In this document: positions 9,803 to 19,645 of the stretch, piece after piece
Layout: each line of letters begins with the position of its first letter
Numbering within the stretch: the first letter of the stretch is position 1
Source of the DNA: Pseudomonadota bacterium
GTDB taxonomy: Bacteria > Pseudomonadota > Gammaproteobacteria > Steroidobacterales > Rariloculaceae
Reading direction: 5' to 3'
NCBI GenBank assembly: GCA_036337035.1
Contig: JAYZFC010000002.1
Location: forward strand, 115,051 to 179,050
Length of the DNA stretch: 64,000 bases
Position numbers and translations under genes: made by a program
Notes under the pieces: model-generated
Seen by the model: only the letters and a program-made list of their open reading frames with translations
What the model was told of the DNA's origin: nothing
Databases searched by the model: none

Positions 9803-11170
9803 ATGAAAAATATAAATTGTTTTAAAGCTTATGATATTAGAGGTTCTGTGCCCGAAGAGCTAAATGAAAATATTGCTTATCTTATTTCTAGAGCCTTCAT
9901 AGAATTTACCAATGCTAAAAATGTTGTTTTAGGTATGGATATTCGTCTCTCAAGTGAAAAAATTAAAAGGTCAATAATAGATGGAATAACTGATGCTGGT
10001 TCAGATATCATTGATATTGGTCTTGTTGGAACAGAAGTTGTCAACTTTACAACATCTTATGGAAAGTTTGATGGGGGAATTATGGTAACAGCAAGCCATA
10101 ATCCTCCTAACTACAATGGAATGAAGATTGTTAGAAAAGGCTCAAAACCAATAAGCGAAAATACAGGGTTAAAAGAAATTAGAACTATTGCAGAAAGAAA
10201 TAATTTTAGAAAAAAGGAAAACAAAGGAAAAGTATATAATAAAAACTATATTAAACAATATATTGAGAAAATCTTATCCTTTATTGATATAAATTCATTA
10301 AAACCTCTTAAAATAGTTGTAAATGCAGGAAATGGAGCTGCTGGACCAACATTAGACGTATTAGAGAATTACTTACCATTTGATTTTATTAAAATTAATC
10401 ATAATCCTGATGGCTCTTTCCCTAATGATGTTCCTAATCCTATGATTAAAAAAAATAGGAGCATAACTTCAGACGCTGTAATTAAATCAAACGCTGATAT
10501 TGGTATAGCATGGGATGGGGACTATGATAGATGCTTCTTTTTTGATGAGGAAGGAAAATTTATAGATGGGTACTACCTTGTTGGGCTATTATCCAATTTT
10601 TTCCTAACTAGAAATCCTAATAATAATATAATTTATGATCCTAGATTAATCTGGAATACCTTAGAATTAGTAGAAAAAAGTAGAGGTAAAGCTATTCAAT
10701 GCAAATCTGGTCATGCATTTATAAAAGAAAAAATGAGAGAACATGATGCCATATATGGTGGTGAAATGAGTGCTCATCATTATTTTCGTGATTTTTATTT
10801 TTGTGATAGCGGTATGATACCATGGCTAATAATTACTCAAATTATGAGTTCCGAAAATAGATCTTTATCTAGTTTAGTAAAAGATAGAATGAAGCTTTTT
10901 CCAATTAGTGGAGAAATAAACCTTTCAGTTGATGATGCATCAGAAATAACTAAATTACTTGAAAAGAAATATACAAAGTATGCTAAAAAAATCGATAAAA
11001 TGGATGGCATAAGCTTTGAATTTGAAGATTGGAGATTTAACTTAAGATCTTCTAACACAGAACCATTAATAAGATTGAATATAGAAACTAAGAATAATGC
11101 TTCACTATTAAATGAAAAAACTAAAAGCCTTCTTAAAGATATAAACTATAATGAAAATGTTATTGAATAG
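9803..11170 (+). CDS. manB: Phosphomannomutase/phosphoglucomutase (CpsG/ManB type)
   Basis: FKAYDIRG, TASHNP, DGDYDR, GEMSAHHYF, RSSNTEP. Confidence 0.92.
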   Translation: MKNINCFKAYDIRGSVPEELNENIAYLISRAFIEFTNAKNVVLGMDIRLSSEKIKRSIIDGITDAGSDIIDIGLVGTEVVNFTTSYGKFDGGIMVTASHNPPNYNGMKIVRKGSKPISENTGLKEIRTIAERNNFRKKENKGKVYNKNYIKQYIEKILSFIDINSLKPLKIVVNAGNGAAGPTLDVLENYLPFDFIKINHNPDGSFPNDVPNPMIKKNRSITSDAVIKSNADIGIAWDGDYDRCFFFDEEGKFIDGYYLVGLLSNFFLTRNPNNNIIYDPRLIWNTLELVEKSRGKAIQCKSGHAFIKEKMREHDAIYGGEMSAHHYFRDFYFCDSGMIPWLIITQIMSSENRSLSSLVKDRMKLFPISGEINLSVDDASEITKLLEKKYTKYAKKIDKMDGISFEFEDWRFNLRSSNTEPLIRLNIETKNNASLLNEKTKSLLKDINYNENVIE

Positions 11171-12317
11171 TAAATTAGATATATTTTCTAAGAATAAACT
11201 ATCAGAATTAGATAAAGATCTTCTGTTAAGAGAATTATTATATTCAGATAGATTAAATAATTCTAAAATCAAAATTAATAGAGATAAGTTTGTTTCCTTT
11301 GCATGTAATGACTATCTTGGCTTATCTCACCATCCAGAACTAATAAAAATAAACAACAATGTTACAAAAAAATATGGTTTAGGTGCTGGTAGCTCTAGAC
11401 TAGTATCAGGAAATAGTTCTCTCTATAAAAAACTAGAATCTAAACTGGCAAAAATAAAAAATACTGAGGATGCAATAGTTTTTGGAAGTGGCTACTTAGC
11501 AAATATAGGCACTATCCCAGTATTGATGGGAGAAAAAGACCTTATTCTTATAGATGAGCTATCTCACTCCTGTTTATTTTCAGGATCATACCTAGCAAAA
11601 AGCAAATTAATAAAATTTAGACATAATAATGTTTCTGATGTAAAAAAAATATTAGAAAAAAACAGAACAAAGTACGAAAAATGTTTATTAATTACGGAAG
11701 GTGTTTTCAGTATGGAGGGAGATCAGGCTCCATTAGCTGAGTTATTAGACTTAGTTAATTCTTATGACACATGGATGATGGTTGATGACGCACATGGATT
11801 TGGAGTTGTTAATGAAGGTAAAGGTTCTAATTTCATTAATAATGATTTTCTACCAATACCAATACAAATGGGTACTCTATCAAAATCTATAGGAACATAT
11901 GGCGGCTATGTCTGCTCAAGTAAACCTGTTATAGATTTAATTAGAAATAGAGCTAGGAGTCTAATTTATACAACTGGCCTTCCACCTGGTATTATTGGCG
12001 CCTCAATTAAAGCCTTAGAAATTATTGATAATGACCATAAACTTGTCAAAAAACCAATCATAGCCTCAACATATTTTACCAGATTGCTTAATTTGAAGAA
12101 GCCGAAAAGTGCGATAGTGCCAATTATATTAGGATCAGAAAGAAAAGTTCTAAATTTGAGTAAAATTCTTATGGAAAACGGCTTCTTAGTTGGTGCAATC
12201 AGGCCTCCTACTGTTCCAAAAAATACAGCAAGAATTAGATGTTCCTTTAATGCTAATCATAAAATGAAAGATATTGAAAAAATAGTATCAATTATTAAAA
12301 AGAGTGGCTATGGGTAA
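11151..12317 (+). CDS. bioF: 8-amino-7-oxononanoate synthase
   Basis: FACNDYLGL, GAGSSRLVSG, EGVFSMEGD, DDAHG, GTLSK, AIRPPTVP; upstream of bioD. Confidence 0.93.
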   Translation: MKMLLNSKLDIFSKNKLSELDKDLLLRELLYSDRLNNSKIKINRDKFVSFACNDYLGLSHHPELIKINNNVTKKYGLGAGSSRLVSGNSSLYKKLESKLAKIKNTEDAIVFGSGYLANIGTIPVLMGEKDLILIDELSHSCLFSGSYLAKSKLIKFRHNNVSDVKKILEKNRTKYEKCLLITEGVFSMEGDQAPLAELLDLVNSYDTWMMVDDAHGFGVVNEGKGSNFINNDFLPIPIQMGTLSKSIGTYGGYVCSSKPVIDLIRNRARSLIYTTGLPPGIIGASIKALEIIDNDHKLVKKPIIASTYFTRLLNLKKPKSAIVPIILGSERKVLNLSKILMENGFLVGAIRPPTVPKNTARIRCSFNANHKMKDIEKIVSIIKKSGYG

Positions 12318-12981
12318 TATATTCATAACATCTTCAGGAACAGAAATAGGTAAAACATTTATAACAACTACTCTACTAAGTGAATTAAAAAAATTAGAGT
12401 ACAATACTAATGCACTAAAACCGGTAGCGACAGGCTTTGATGAAAAAGACATTCTTAAATCTGATAGTGCACTATTGTTACAAGCTATGGGCCTAAAAGT
12501 AAATATAGAAAATATAAAAAAAATTACTCCTTGGAGGTATAAAAAACCATTATCGCCAAATATTACATCTAAATTAGAAAATAAACCTATTGTATTTGAT
12601 GAGCTAGTTAAATTTAGTCAATCTCAAAAAAATGTAGATATTACTCTAATAGAGGGTATTGGAGGAGTAATGGTGCCAATAAATAATGAGCATACTGTAA
12701 TAGATTGGATTGAAGCTATAGAAGTACCAGTAATATTAGTTGTTGGTAGCTACTTAGGCTCATTAAGTCATTCATTAACTGCTATTAAATGCCTTATATC
12801 AAAAAAAATTAAAATAATTGGCATTATTATTAATGAATCAGAAAATCAACCCATGTCTCAAGAAGAAACTGCTAGTACTATAGAAAAATTTACTCAATCT
12901 ATACCAATTATTATTTTTCCAAAAGTTAAAAAAGGAGTAAAAATTCCAAGTCTATTACCATTAATCAAAAAATACTTATAA
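12310..12981 (+). CDS. bioD: Dethiobiotin synthase
   Basis: FITSSGTEIGKT P-loop, KPVATG, IEGIGG, LGSLSH; ATG at 12310 preferred over GTG at 12304. Confidence 0.93.
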   Translation: MGNIFITSSGTEIGKTFITTTLLSELKKLEYNTNALKPVATGFDEKDILKSDSALLLQAMGLKVNIENIKKITPWRYKKPLSPNITSKLENKPIVFDELVKFSQSQKNVDITLIEGIGGVMVPINNEHTVIDWIEAIEVPVILVVGSYLGSLSHSLTAIKCLISKKIKIIGIIINESENQPMSQEETASTIEKFTQSIPIIIFPKVKKGVKIPSLLPLIKKYL

Positions 12982-13005
12982 AATTTTTGGTAGATTTTAA
13001 TTAAT

Positions 13006-14013
13006 CTAAGTTATTAAAGATGGAAGAGCCACAAAAGTTCCGCCATTTCTCTGGCACAAAGCTCTCATTAAAATAGCAAATCTTGCTGAAGATAGAAGTT
13101 CTCCATTAGTTACTTCATAGTATACTGGAAATGCAACTGCATGAATTCTTACTCTTCTCTGACCATCATCTCCTAACTTATTCCTTCTATCAACTTCTCT
13201 TACTACAGCATTAATAGATCCCGAGGCAAAGTCATCGCTATAAACATATAGGCTAATTTTCTTATCTGGATCATAAAAAGACCTTATAGCTTCAATAATA
13301 CCTTCTCTTGGGCTTGAGTTTGAAAATGCTGTCCAGTTTCTTAAACCATCAATTATAGATTCACGCCTTGCTTGTGAGTCAGGAATCCATTCATTTCTAT
13401 AACTCTTAAACATATATTCACCCATATCATTAAAGATTTGAATCCCCTTAACCTCTGGATAGACCTCAAGCGTTTCTCTTATCTGTTGCTGCACTCTTGG
13501 CCAAGCATATCGTTGCATACTGCCAGAAGTATCCACAATAAAAATAATATATTCACTATCAACAGGAATTCCTCCTACCTTATAGTCATCTGGATCTGGC
13601 TTGAAGTCAGATAGAAGCCTCTGCATCTCTTCTGTTAGCCTTTGCTTAGCAAGAGCAAGTCTTCCTGCAAGATCTGAAGCCTCCTCAGCATCATTCTGCG
13701 TTGCTAAAAAATCTGATCTAATTCGAACTAGCTGATCTTGAAGCTCATTGATTTGAAGCTTATCTATATCAACCTGATTAGTAGTAAAAACTATCTCTCG
13801 CTCTATACTTTCTATCTCACCAACAATCTCTTCTAACTCTTGTTCATACTTTACAATTAAACCTTCTAGCTCAATATGACTTTCTTCTAATCTAATCGGT
13901 TCAAAAATTTTGGTTAAAACTAAAAGAAGAATTATGGCACCAAAACCACAACAAATTACATCTAAGAACGATAGACTTCCAGACTCAACTTCTCTTCTGT
14001 ACCTTCTTCTCAT
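13006..14013 (-). CDS. ExbD-like TM anchor + coiled coil + VWA domain protein
   Basis: N-terminal SLSFLDVICCGFGAIILLLV; long heptad region; IIFIVDTSGSM (MIDAS DxSxS); LYVYSDD; ATG at 14013 overlaps the upstream TGA (ATGA). Confidence 0.8.
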   Translation of the reverse strand: MRRRYRREVESGSLSFLDVICCGFGAIILLLVLTKIFEPIRLEESHIELEGLIVKYEQELEEIVGEIESIEREIVFTTNQVDIDKLQINELQDQLVRIRSDFLATQNDAEEASDLAGRLALAKQRLTEEMQRLLSDFKPDPDDYKVGGIPVDSEYIIFIVDTSGSMQRYAWPRVQQQIRETLEVYPEVKGIQIFNDMGEYMFKSYRNEWIPDSQARRESIIDGLRNWTAFSNSSPREGIIEAIRSFYDPDKKISLYVYSDDFASGSINAVVREVDRRNKLGDDGQRRVRIHAVAFPVYYEVTNGELLSSARFAILMRALCQRNGGTFVALPSLIT

Positions 14014-15101
14014 GGCCAATCCTCAGATGGAGCCATCATAGATCCACCAGTATTTAAAGCCATCCACCAATATGCTGGCGCTGCTTGGGGATCTCCTTCC
14101 ATAGCATATAAAATTACATTAACAGGAACATTAAATGGTAATGTTCTTGCAGCACGATTAAAGTGATTTTGTCTTTCTTTACCAGTGACTCCTGCCCGAT
14201 TTGGTAAAATCTCACCCATTGTTGGTAAGCCATCGACTAAAAGATAGATATTGTCAGGCTTTGGCTCCAATGGCCGAAGCATTGAGAAGGCAGCGTGAAG
14301 GCTTGTAGGACCTTCAGGTACTGTCGAAGATAGTACGCTTACAGCCTCTTCTAATTTACTACCATCAGTAACTGTCAACCATTCGCTTTCAGTATCTTGA
14401 ATTAAAGACCAGCCTTTATCATTAAAAGCAAATATTTGAAACTGCGTTCCTGGTGTTATTTGTGTCGTAAGCCAATCTAAAGTTTGAACAACCTGTTTCC
14501 ATTTTGGAGCTATAAGTTGTTGGTCTCTTGACATATTTCGTCTTCTTAAAATATTTACTATTGTTCTATCTAACATACTTGTTGAAGCATCAACCAAAAT
14601 AACGATTCTTTCTCCACCCATTCTAAGACCAGTAAGATACTGCCTATTTCCATCTCCATTGAAACTTCTAATTCTATTCCCTGCAACTTCTGGAGTTATA
14701 CTTTCTGCTGATAGTCTTTTAGATTCCTCTTCTAATGTAGCAAGCTCAATATTTAAATCTTTAATTAGCTCTTCTTGTGCAGAATTTTCTGAAGAAAGCT
14801 TACCAAACTCTTCTTGAGTGAGATTAACTTCAGAAACAATTTCATCTTTAACGCCCCTTAGAATTGCCCATTCTTCAATTAATTCTGATAAATCCTGTTT
14901 TGTTTGAAGAAGATTTTTCTTTCCAGTCGTAACTCTTAACTCCATTCTATTTACTTCACTTGCTCTATCATTTAATAAAACTTCGCTTCTTAAATCTACA
15001 TTAGCATTTACAATCATAAAAAAAAGAATTACTGCTCCAAAACCACAAGTCATAGCATCCAAGAATGATAATGAAAAAACATTTAATTTCTTTCTTGCCA
15101 T
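14010..15101 (-). CDS. ExbD-like TM anchor + coiled coil + VWA domain protein (paralog)
   Basis: SLSFLDAMTCGFGAVILFF; coiled coil; VILVDASTSM MIDAS; GPTSL; IYLLVDGLPT. Confidence 0.8.
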   Translation of the reverse strand: MARKKLNVFSLSFLDAMTCGFGAVILFFMIVNANVDLRSEVLLNDRASEVNRMELRVTTGKKNLLQTKQDLSELIEEWAILRGVKDEIVSEVNLTQEEFGKLSSENSAQEELIKDLNIELATLEEESKRLSAESITPEVAGNRIRSFNGDGNRQYLTGLRMGGERIVILVDASTSMLDRTIVNILRRRNMSRDQQLIAPKWKQVVQTLDWLTTQITPGTQFQIFAFNDKGWSLIQDTESEWLTVTDGSKLEEAVSVLSSTVPEGPTSLHAAFSMLRPLEPKPDNIYLLVDGLPTMGEILPNRAGVTGKERQNHFNRAARTLPFNVPVNVILYAMEGDPQAAPAYWWMALNTGGSMMAPSEDWP

Positions 15102-15112
15102 AACTAATCCAT

Positions 15113-16144
15113 TTAATTATTTTTAAAAGACATTATATTCAAAAGCTTTATCTCATTTTTATCAAAATCCAGCATACCTTGTTCAAAAAACTTCAGAGCA
15201 TTGAACGCTTCATAGCCAAACTCTAATGAGTGTACAAAAGAATCATCATTATTATCAAATAACTTAGTCATATTTGGAATTTTTGATAGACTGCTAGAGA
15301 GAAAAAACTGTTTCTTTGACGCAGATCTCGAGGCATATGTATTAATTAAATCCGAAATGCCATTATAAAAATAAGATGTTGAATTTAGCAATTGATCCCT
15401 ATGAATTTCAATAGATAGCATTTTACTGCCATTAGATAATTCCATATTGAAATAATCATTATTATCCATTTCTTCTAGCCAATTAGGTAAAGATTTTTGA
15501 AGCTCATATTCACTATCAGCAGAATAGAGTGGGTCAAATCTAGTCTTCAATATAAATATTTCAGCAATTCTATTACTCCATTCTTTCTCCAAATTAGAAA
15601 TTCCTGAAAAATCTAAAGAATTACTTTCTAATACCTCTCTATTTAAATCTTGATCAATCATTGATGATATAAAAACTTGGTTTAGCCCAATATCTAAATA
15701 TAATAATTGATCCTCATATAATAAATTATCATTAACCATTAATGCTGGATTAACCATTCCTAAAACTTTGATCTTGCACTCATTCGCTACACCAAGTAGT
15801 AATCCTAACTGATAGTTAGTATAATGAGTGGGAGGTATTAAAATAATATTTTCTTCGCCGCTAAGATATTTTTTACAAATATTATTTAATTGGATAAATG
15901 CTATTTCTGCATTACTAGAGAAATCTCCTAAATTTTGTATCACTTTATTTTTTTCAAGATTTAATTTATCCCAAAAAGAGTTAATAACAAGATGAGGGGA
16001 AGCGCTTCTTCTTTTATATGCATCAAGACCAGTAATAATCTCATCGCCATTTATTAAGGCGTATCCAGGCTCACAGGCCAGAACTTTAGATCTATTTGCA
16101 ACTAATATATTTGAGTCGTTAATATGTATTGCTATATTTTTCAA
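15113..16144 (-). CDS. Hypothetical cytoplasmic protein, probable actin/Hsp70-like fold
   Basis: IAIHINDSNILVA resembles a degenerate phosphate-1 strand and LYLDIGLNQV the phosphate-2 motif; no signal peptide or TM helix. Confidence 0.5.
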   Translation of the reverse strand: MKNIAIHINDSNILVANRSKVLACEPGYALINGDEIITGLDAYKRRSASPHLVINSFWDKLNLEKNKVIQNLGDFSSNAEIAFIQLNNICKKYLSGEENIILIPPTHYTNYQLGLLLGVANECKIKVLGMVNPALMVNDNLLYEDQLLYLDIGLNQVFISSMIDQDLNREVLESNSLDFSGISNLEKEWSNRIAEIFILKTRFDPLYSADSEYELQKSLPNWLEEMDNNDYFNMELSNGSKMLSIEIHRDQLLNSTSYFYNGISDLINTYASRSASKKQFFLSSSLSKIPNMTKLFDNNDDSFVHSLEFGYEAFNALKFFEQGMLDFDKNEIKLLNIMSFKNN

Positions 16145-16160
16145 ATCTTCACTTTTAATT

Positions 16161-16964
16161 TTATTTATTTTGAGAATGCATGTGGCGAATTACCTTATGA
16201 TCAATATAACTCTGAGTATCAAAAATAAGACGCTCTTGAAGAGACTGTAATTGATGAACTAAAAACATAACTACTATAGAAATTAACAATGCAATAAAAG
16301 TTGAATTAAAAGCAGTTCCTAGACTTTGAGTCACGCCTGCTATATCCCCATCAACTGCGCGATGAGCTTGGCCAAGAGCTTCTCCGATACCCCTCACAGT
16401 TCCAATAAATCCCACTGAAGGAATAGCCCAAGCTATATATCTAATCATAGATAATTCTGATTCTAATTTTTCACCCTCAGACTCACATAAAGTATTAGTA
16501 ACTGATGAAACATCCTGAACATTCCTTGTTGAGCCAAATCTCTCAAGTGACGCTAACAAGATCCTTGATAAAAGCATTTCTCTTGATTGATCTGGAAGTG
16601 ATTCAACTATTCGTGAATACTGTCTAGTATCATCAGGTAAAATTTTATCTCCATCATTAATTGGAACTAAATTTTCTTTTAAAAAATTTTTTTCATTAAT
16701 AAGTCTTGCAGCCTTATATCCCATTATAGAAAAGGCCCAAAACATGAGAACAATACATGCCTCTTGCTCAAAATCCTTTATTAATACCCAAACAGATCTC
16801 TCTACTGTATAGTTCTCATCTTCTTGTATTGCTAAGGCCTGTTCAGATAAAGCATCAGCAGCTCTTGGGCGAATATTAGTAACATATATAGCATGAATAA
16901 TAATAATTGAGATAATTAGGGCAAAAATCTGGTATAAGAATTCATTTGGCAATCTTATCTTCAT
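16161..16964 (-). CDS. MotA/TolQ/ExbB proton channel family protein
   Basis: AIPSVGFIGTVRGI and SLGTAFNSTFIALLISIV hairpin signature; two extra N-terminal TM helices. Confidence 0.9.
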   Translation of the reverse strand: MKIRLPNEFLYQIFALIISIIIIHAIYVTNIRPRAADALSEQALAIQEDENYTVERSVWVLIKDFEQEACIVLMFWAFSIMGYKAARLINEKNFLKENLVPINDGDKILPDDTRQYSRIVESLPDQSREMLLSRILLASLERFGSTRNVQDVSSVTNTLCESEGEKLESELSMIRYIAWAIPSVGFIGTVRGIGEALGQAHRAVDGDIAGVTQSLGTAFNSTFIALLISIVVMFLVHQLQSLQERLIFDTQSYIDHKVIRHMHSQNK

Positions 16965-16985
16965 TTTTTTTCTCCAAAAAAAAAA

Positions 16986-17180
16986 TTAAATATTTACTGG
17001 AAAAGTCACTTCCTCATCTGCAGAAATTTCTTCACTAGGAGTAAAAATTTCGTCAAGAGGTCTCGTATCATCTTCTTCTGAGGATTCTGATATTTCATTT
17101 TCAACTAAATCATCCTGACTAAAAGATAATGATATAAACAGTATCCAAAGACTAATAAATAAAAAAAACTTCAAAATCAT
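16986..17180 (-). CDS. Small exported acidic protein
   Basis: Signal peptide, then acidic tract and FTPSEEISADEEVTFPVNI; tightly embedded in the operon on the same strand. Confidence 0.7.
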   Translation of the reverse strand: MILKFFLFISLWILFISLSFSQDDLVENEISESSEEDDTRPLDEIFTPSEEISADEEVTFPVNI

Positions 17181-17214
17181 TAAGTAAATTCCAAAATAAA
17201 TTACATTACATATC

Positions 17215-19635
17215 TTATTCTAAATTACGCGCGATCCTAAAACCAAGATCTTCTCTTGCATTATTCTCATAATATCTAAAAGAAAGTCTCAAATCTGTAA
17301 TAGTTGCGCTTTTCCAGCTAGATCCTCTAATGACATGAAAGCTTCCTTCCTCTGGACCCAATGGATCAATATAAGTGATGTCATTATTCAATACTGGTAT
17401 CTCCCAATAATCATGAATCCACTCTGCAACATTCCCACCTAGATCAAATATACCAAAATTATTGGCAGGAAAACTTCCAGGAGGTGCTAAAACTTGAAAA
17501 CTATCATTATAAGTAACTAGAGAAGGAGTTATGAGCTTATTAGACGAAATATCCGCAAAATTTCCTGATCTATCTGGTGGTGGTAAATTATTGCCCCAAG
17601 AATAAATCATTGGTGATTCGACTTGGGAGAATTTTGCAGCAAGTGCCCATTCTGCTTCAGTTGGTAGACGATATCCATTTCTTAAGGGGATAACAGCTGT
17701 CCAGATCCCATTATCCTCTTCATAAACTGGCTGCAATCCATCACGAATACTTAACCAATTTAAAAATTCTACAGCCTCTTCCCAAGTAAGCCTAACAACA
17801 GGGTATTCATCTAGATTGAGAGATATTCCTGAATATTCACCAGAATCATGGCTTTGTTTGAATTGTCTATATTCAAAATTAGTTACTTCCTTTGTTCCTA
17901 GATAAAAGGCTTTACTAATTTTTACTGATCGAAGCGTTTCATTTGATCTGCGGCCCTGCTCTCGTCTTGAAGAACCCATTTGAAAATCTCGGGGTGGTAT
18001 TAAAACTAAATTTTGACCTAATGAAGTAATAATAGTCTTCTCATAACCAGATCCTGTAATTGGATCTAATATCTCAAGGTCAATATCGATATTGCTTTTA
18101 TATCCTGGAATTGGAACTATATCCATAAACTCACTCTTATATCCATCTTGCCTTATTTCAATTTTATGATTTATTGACATCAACTCAATTTCAAGTGGTG
18201 TACTGCCAATATTATTCCCATCAATAAATACTTGAGAAATGCTAGGATTACTAGAAATTGAGACTAGTCCAAGTAGAGGAGTTAATCTATAAGAAAGTTG
18301 ATTATCAATCCCGCCTTCAATGGGAACTAATTCAGTAATTCCTTGATATCCTGGTTTTGATAGTGATATCTCATAATCATCTTTAGGAGGCAAATTAATA
18401 CTTATGGGGCTTCTGCCAACAAAATTTCCATTTATATTGATTACAACATCATTAGGTTCTGTTGCTATCTCTAGCACTCCTTTAGCCTCTTCTAATTCTA
18501 TTAAAGGAAGTGACTGAGATTTATTAGCAGAAATAAATATCCTATCGCTCCATTGATTATATCCACTTAAATCTAATGAAAGGAGATGTTCACCAGAAAC
18601 TACTTCTAATTTAATTGGAGTAATACCCATGAATTGACTATCTAAAGAAACACTAGCACCAATAGGCTCGCTTTTTATTTCTACCTCCGACCAATTAGGA
18701 ACCAGATTAAAAGAAAATTCTTGTCTATTTCCTCCGCCGAGTATTTCTATTTCCTCAATTTTTGGTAAATAGCGAGAGGATAATATTTCCAAGGAGTGGG
18801 TCCCTGTTGGTATCTCTAGATTAAAAATAGGAGATATACCGATATCATTTCCGTTAAGGCTAATAAGTGATTCAACCGCTGGATTTGTTTTTAAAGTTAT
18901 AATTCCAGGAAGACGATCCATACTTAAAAAAAATGATTGATCCTGAGAATCATCAACAATTATTTCAGTATCTAGATCATAATATTGATTTAAAGCAGCT
19001 TCAATTTTATGTTTTCCTGGCTGAAGCAAGTACCTATCACCAATCTTAAATTTTAAGAATGTATCTGGAATATAAACAGAATCAGGTTGTGGTTCTATAA
19101 CTAACTCAATAGACTTAGATGTAAAAGCAAACCAAGCCAAACAACCTAAAAAAAAGAAAGATAAATATAAAAAAATATTAGATTTGCTTATAGCGCTATT
19201 TTTATTGCTTCTAACATGGCCTATATCTGAACTAATATTAATAGGCTCTACTATAATATCGTCTACCTTATTTTTATATGGGCTGCTCTCAACATTCCTT
19301 CTATATTCTTTAAAAATACTAATATCTAAATAAAGAGAATGATTTTCTAATGAAGCATAAATTTTATTTTTTCCAAATGAAATAATATCTTTATTATTTA
19401 TAGATATAGCTTCAGTTACTTTAACATCATTAATTAATAAGTTTTTAGTTTCGCTATTAGGCTGAATAAAAAAATTATTTTCTATAAATCCAATTTGAAA
19501 AAATCCATTCACATTTTCGAGATATATATCATGCAGATCTTTATCTCCTATCTCAATTGGAAGATTTTCAGAATCAAATATTAGCTGTTTTCCTTTATAA
19601 AGAAGGACAATATTTCTATCTATTTTTTTATTCAT
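17215..19635 (-). CDS. FHA-like + TM + PEGA repeats + FGE-sulfatase (SUMF1/PvdO/GldK-like) domain protein
   Basis: About four PEGA repeats (SEPIGASVSLD..GITP..GY); C-terminal FQMGS, EVTN, RLPTEAEW, DLGGNVAEW, RGSSW, GFRIAR; single TM near residues 155-172. Confidence 0.85.
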   Translation of the reverse strand: MNKKIDRNIVLLYKGKQLIFDSENLPIEIGDKDLHDIYLENVNGFFQIGFIENNFFIQPNSETKNLLINDVKVTEAISINNKDIISFGKNKIYASLENHSLYLDISIFKEYRRNVESSPYKNKVDDIIVEPINISSDIGHVRSNKNSAISKSNIFLYLSFFFLGCLAWFAFTSKSIELVIEPQPDSVYIPDTFLKFKIGDRYLLQPGKHKIEAALNQYYDLDTEIIVDDSQDQSFFLSMDRLPGIITLKTNPAVESLISLNGNDIGISPIFNLEIPTGTHSLEILSSRYLPKIEEIEILGGGNRQEFSFNLVPNWSEVEIKSEPIGASVSLDSQFMGITPIKLEVVSGEHLLSLDLSGYNQWSDRIFISANKSQSLPLIELEEAKGVLEIATEPNDVVININGNFVGRSPISINLPPKDDYEISLSKPGYQGITELVPIEGGIDNQLSYRLTPLLGLVSISSNPSISQVFIDGNNIGSTPLEIELMSINHKIEIRQDGYKSEFMDIVPIPGYKSNIDIDLEILDPITGSGYEKTIITSLGQNLVLIPPRDFQMGSSRREQGRRSNETLRSVKISKAFYLGTKEVTNFEYRQFKQSHDSGEYSGISLNLDEYPVVRLTWEEAVEFLNWLSIRDGLQPVYEEDNGIWTAVIPLRNGYRLPTEAEWALAAKFSQVESPMIYSWGNNLPPPDRSGNFADISSNKLITPSLVTYNDSFQVLAPPGSFPANNFGIFDLGGNVAEWIHDYWEIPVLNNDITYIDPLGPEEGSFHVIRGSSWKSATITDLRLSFRYYENNAREDLGFRIARNLE

Positions 19636-19645
19636 TCTTGATAAA

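Noticed and set aside
13006-16964. Calling the motor genes tolQR, exbBD or motAB
   Set aside because: The partners carry VWA domains rather than ExbD/TolR or OmpA-like domains, and no tonB, tolAB-pal or flagellar genes are adjacent
17215-18030. Sulfatase-maturing formylglycine-generating enzyme
   Set aside because: Catalytic cysteines are absent and no sulfatase gene is nearby
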